10,675 nt of DNA from a bacterium (GTDB taxonomy: Bacteria; SZUA-182; DTGQ01; JAFGSM01). A model generated the notes under the pieces. The model was not told the DNA's origin and made no database searches. It worked only from the letters and a program-made list of their open reading frames with translations. Shown here one piece after another: positions 8,821 to 10,675 of this stretch. The stretch lies in NCBI GenBank assembly GCA_049472355.1, contig JBLIRP010000110.1, forward strand, positions 1 through 10,675. The letters run 5' to 3'. Every line of letters begins with the position of its first letter. Position 1 is the stretch's first letter. The translations under genes were made by a program, and so were the position numbers.

Positions 8821-9723
8821 CTAAGCCCGCGGGTGAGCTCGATCGTATGCCGACATCAACTGATCCACGTTGATGTGGGTATATTTCTGTGTAGTGGAGA
8901 GTGAGCTGTGACCCAGCAGTTCCTGAATCACCCGTAAATCCGCGCCCGATTCAAGAAGATGGGTGGCAAAGGTATGCCGAATGGTATGGGGGGTGACCCC
9001 TCGCCGCAACATAATCCTCTCCCCGTATTTTCGGACTATCCGATGAACGGACCGCGATGAAAGCCTGCCGCCGTGCCTGTTCTGAAACAAGGGCCGCTCG
9101 CCCGTCCGAGGGGCCGGCTTCGAGCACAGGTATGCCTCTATCGCCTCATTTGCCCTGCTCCCGAAAAGCACCAGGCGTTCCTTGTTCCCCTTGCCCCTGA
9201 TCTTGATAGCACCCTTGTGCACGTCCAGCATTCCCTCATTCAGGGCCACCAGTTCCCCCACCCGTATCCCGGTGGCATAGAAAAGCTCCAGCATCGCCCG
9301 GTCCCTGAGGTTCATGGAATCATCGACCCCGGGGGCGTCGATCAATGCGATCACCTCGTCGATGGTCAAAAAACCCGGTATCTTGGGCACAAGCTTGGGA
9401 GCCGATACATCCTGCACCGGATCCGCCTCCACCATCCCGTGGGAGAGCAGATATTTGAAAAAGGACCGGAGTGTGGAGACCTTCCTGGCGATGGTTGTCT
9501 TGGAGCGCCTCTGTAAGAAAAGATACGCCACAAACCGGGATATGTCGTCAGGTTTCACCATGTCAATGGCGAATGTTTCCGGAGGCTCCTTCCCCATCCG
9601 CTTTGCCATATACCCCGCCCACTGCCGGAGATCATCCCCATACCCCTTCACGGTATGGGGAGAGGCCCCCTTTTCTATCTCCATATACCGGAGAAAGCGT
9701 CCTATTGCCTCGGTACTATCCAT
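8821..9723 (-). CDS. xerC: Tyrosine recombinase, XerC type
   Basis: 300 aa; N-terminal SAM-like domain ([10 protein letters not shown]). Catalytic set [47 protein letters not shown], ending YDRAHPRA. Position directly upstream of hslVU favours XerC/CodV over XerD. No IntI-specific insertion is visible. Confidence 0.9.
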   Translation of the reverse strand: MDSTEAIGRFLRYMEIEKGASPHTVKGYGDDLRQWAGYMAKRMGKEPPETFAIDMVKPDDISRFVAYLFLQRRSKTTIARKVSTLRSFFKYLLSHGMVEADPVQDVSAPKLVPKIPGFLTIDEVIALIDAPGVDDSMNLRDRAMLELFYATGIRVGELVALNEGMLDVHKGAIKIRGKGNKERLVLFGSRANEAIEAYLCSKPAPRTGERPLFQNRHGGRLSSRSVHRIVRKYGERIMLRRGVTPHTIRHTFATHLLESGADLRVIQELLGHSSLSTTQKYTHINVDQLMSAYDRAHPRA

Positions 9724-9933
9724 TTATCCCACCATATGCATTACATTCCAGGTGGCTGCTTACTATGCCGGGAAAGAGGATGCACCTTGCATTTCCACTC
9801 CCTCGGACGCAGCCTGTTATGCTCGCCTGTAGGCACACAGGCGCATTCCCTTTATCATGCCTTTACAATGCATTGAGTAGTCACCATTATTGATTATTTC
9901 ACAAGGGGTTATGAATAATCAGTGGAAATTTAT

Positions 9934-9962
9934 AGAATAAACGAATTACCTCGGGATGTCAA
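9934..9962 (-). promoter_or_regulatory. Candidate sigma70 promoter for the xerC-hslVU-arg operon
   Basis: Minus strand TTGACA (9962-9957), 17-bp spacer, TATTCT (9939-9934). Confidence 0.6.
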
Positions 9963-10035
9963 ATAGGCCCGATGCCCATTTCACAGCACCCTATATTTAT
10001 ATCTAACCAATTGTTATTATGTTATTAAATCTACC

Positions 10036-10064
10036 TTGACATTTATGTTCCAACCTGATATTTT
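10036..10064 (+). promoter_or_regulatory. Candidate sigma70 promoter driving the AT-rich nuclease gene
   Basis: TTGACA (10036-10041), 17-bp spacer, TATTTT (10059-10064), with an extended -10 TG at 10056-10057. Confidence 0.55.
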
Positions 10065-10186
10065 TTTTACAGATTTTAAAATCATACGATAAAATTATAT
10101 CCTATACGATGTAACAGGGGGAAGGAGGAGAGGATTCTTTTAATATGGTGTATATAAACCGTGCCTCTCACGAAAAATCCGAAATA

Positions 10187-10274
10187 TTTTCGCACAAAGT
10201 TAAATATACGAAAAAAAATTCGTATAACCCAATAATAGCGAAAAATTGTTCGCATAATTACTAAGTTATAAAGC
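10187..10274. repeat. Three degenerate units at 30-bp period (TTCGyAyAA arms, partly inverted)
   Basis: TTCGCACAA at 10189, TTCGTATAA at 10219, TTCGCATAA at 10249. Perfect IR TATACGAA-N6-TTCGTATA (10205-10226) and GCGAA-N6-TTCGC (10238-10253). Confidence 0.75.
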
Positions 10275-10280
10275 CTTAAA

Positions 10281-10675
10281 GTGAGTAAAGTGGACAAACC
10301 CGCTTGGGAAAAATTTGAAATCGCCGTAGCTAACTTTGTAAAAGCTCTTGACTCAAGTGCCAGAGTAACACACGACGCAAAATTACCTGACATTCATTCC
10401 AAAACTATACGGCAAAGAGATGTTTGGGTGGAGGCTAAGGTTTGTCAACATTTTCCGGTAAAAATACTTATAAGCTGTAAAAGAAAAAAAAGAATATTGA
10501 ATCAGCAGGATATAGACGCTTTTAATGGTGAGCGAATATCCAGCGGTGCGCAATTAGGAGTTATTTATTCCTTCTCTGGTTTTACAAACAATGCTTTAGA
10601 AAAAGGAAAAACACTAGGTATAAGCTGCTGCATGATCTTTGATAATGAACCTACAAATATTCCAGAGAATATTGT
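10281..10675 (+). CDS. Mrr-like PD-(D/E)xK restriction endonuclease domain protein (truncated by the window edge)
   Basis: Not in the ORF track; translated by hand from GTG 10281 (alternative GTG 10290; in-frame TAA at 10269): MSKVDKPAWEKFEIAVANFVKALDSSARVTHDAKLPDIHSKTIRQRDVWVEAKVCQHFPVKILISCKRKKRILNQQDIDAFNGERISSGAQLGVIYSFSGFTNNALEKGKTLGISCC... It has the W..FE..V helix, RQxDV, IxCK and GV.(YS).SGFT..A...A/G...GI pattern of Mrr_cat domains. About 37% GC (hand count over 10321-10620). Confidence 0.8.
   Translation, partial: MSKVDKPAWEKFEIAVANFVKALDSSARVTHDAKLPDIHSKTIRQRDVWVEAKVCQHFPVKILISCKRKKRILNQQDIDAFNGERISSGAQLGVIYSFSGFTNNALEKGKTLGISCCMIFDNEPTNIPENI

Noticed and set aside
8821..9723. Integron integrase IntI or prophage integrase
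   Set aside because: It is 300 aa with no IntI-specific insertion, ends in the XerC/D-like HPRA, has host-like GC and lies 10 bp from hslV.
9910..9927. ARG box (ArgR operator) at ATGAATAATCAGTGG
   Set aside because: Only the TGAAT half matches; the ATTCA half and a tandem partner box are missing.
10171..10260. CRISPR array
   Set aside because: The 30-bp total period leaves no room for repeat plus spacer, the units are degenerate, and no cas genes are present.
10082..10393. 103-aa minus-strand ORF
   Set aside because: It is antisense to the nuclease and runs through the repeat array, with low-complexity F/I/R composition typical of AT-rich non-coding DNA.

Overview
Most of the window (1-9723) is a GC-rich (roughly 60% by eye) housekeeping operon on the minus strand: xerC-hslV-hslU-argB-argD-argF-argG-argH-lysA, with lysA running off the left edge. 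This gene order is familiar from Desulfobacterota/Nitrospirota-like bacteria. Two places depart from the ordinary. (1) The 346-bp argF-argG gap holds a 176-bp nested palindrome with perfect 13-bp terminal inverted repeats and GCGAAGC mini-hairpins. The argG next to it carries Firmicutes-type motifs and has an orphan SD+ATG on each side. (2) Upstream of xerC the DNA becomes AT-rich. It contains back-to-back sigma70 promoters, then three 30-bp-periodic dif/XerC-arm-like units, then an SD-less Mrr-like PD-(D/E)xK nuclease gene (about 37% GC) that runs off the right edge. This layout resembles an integron or pdif cassette site next to a non-IntI tyrosine recombinase, but that reading is inference.
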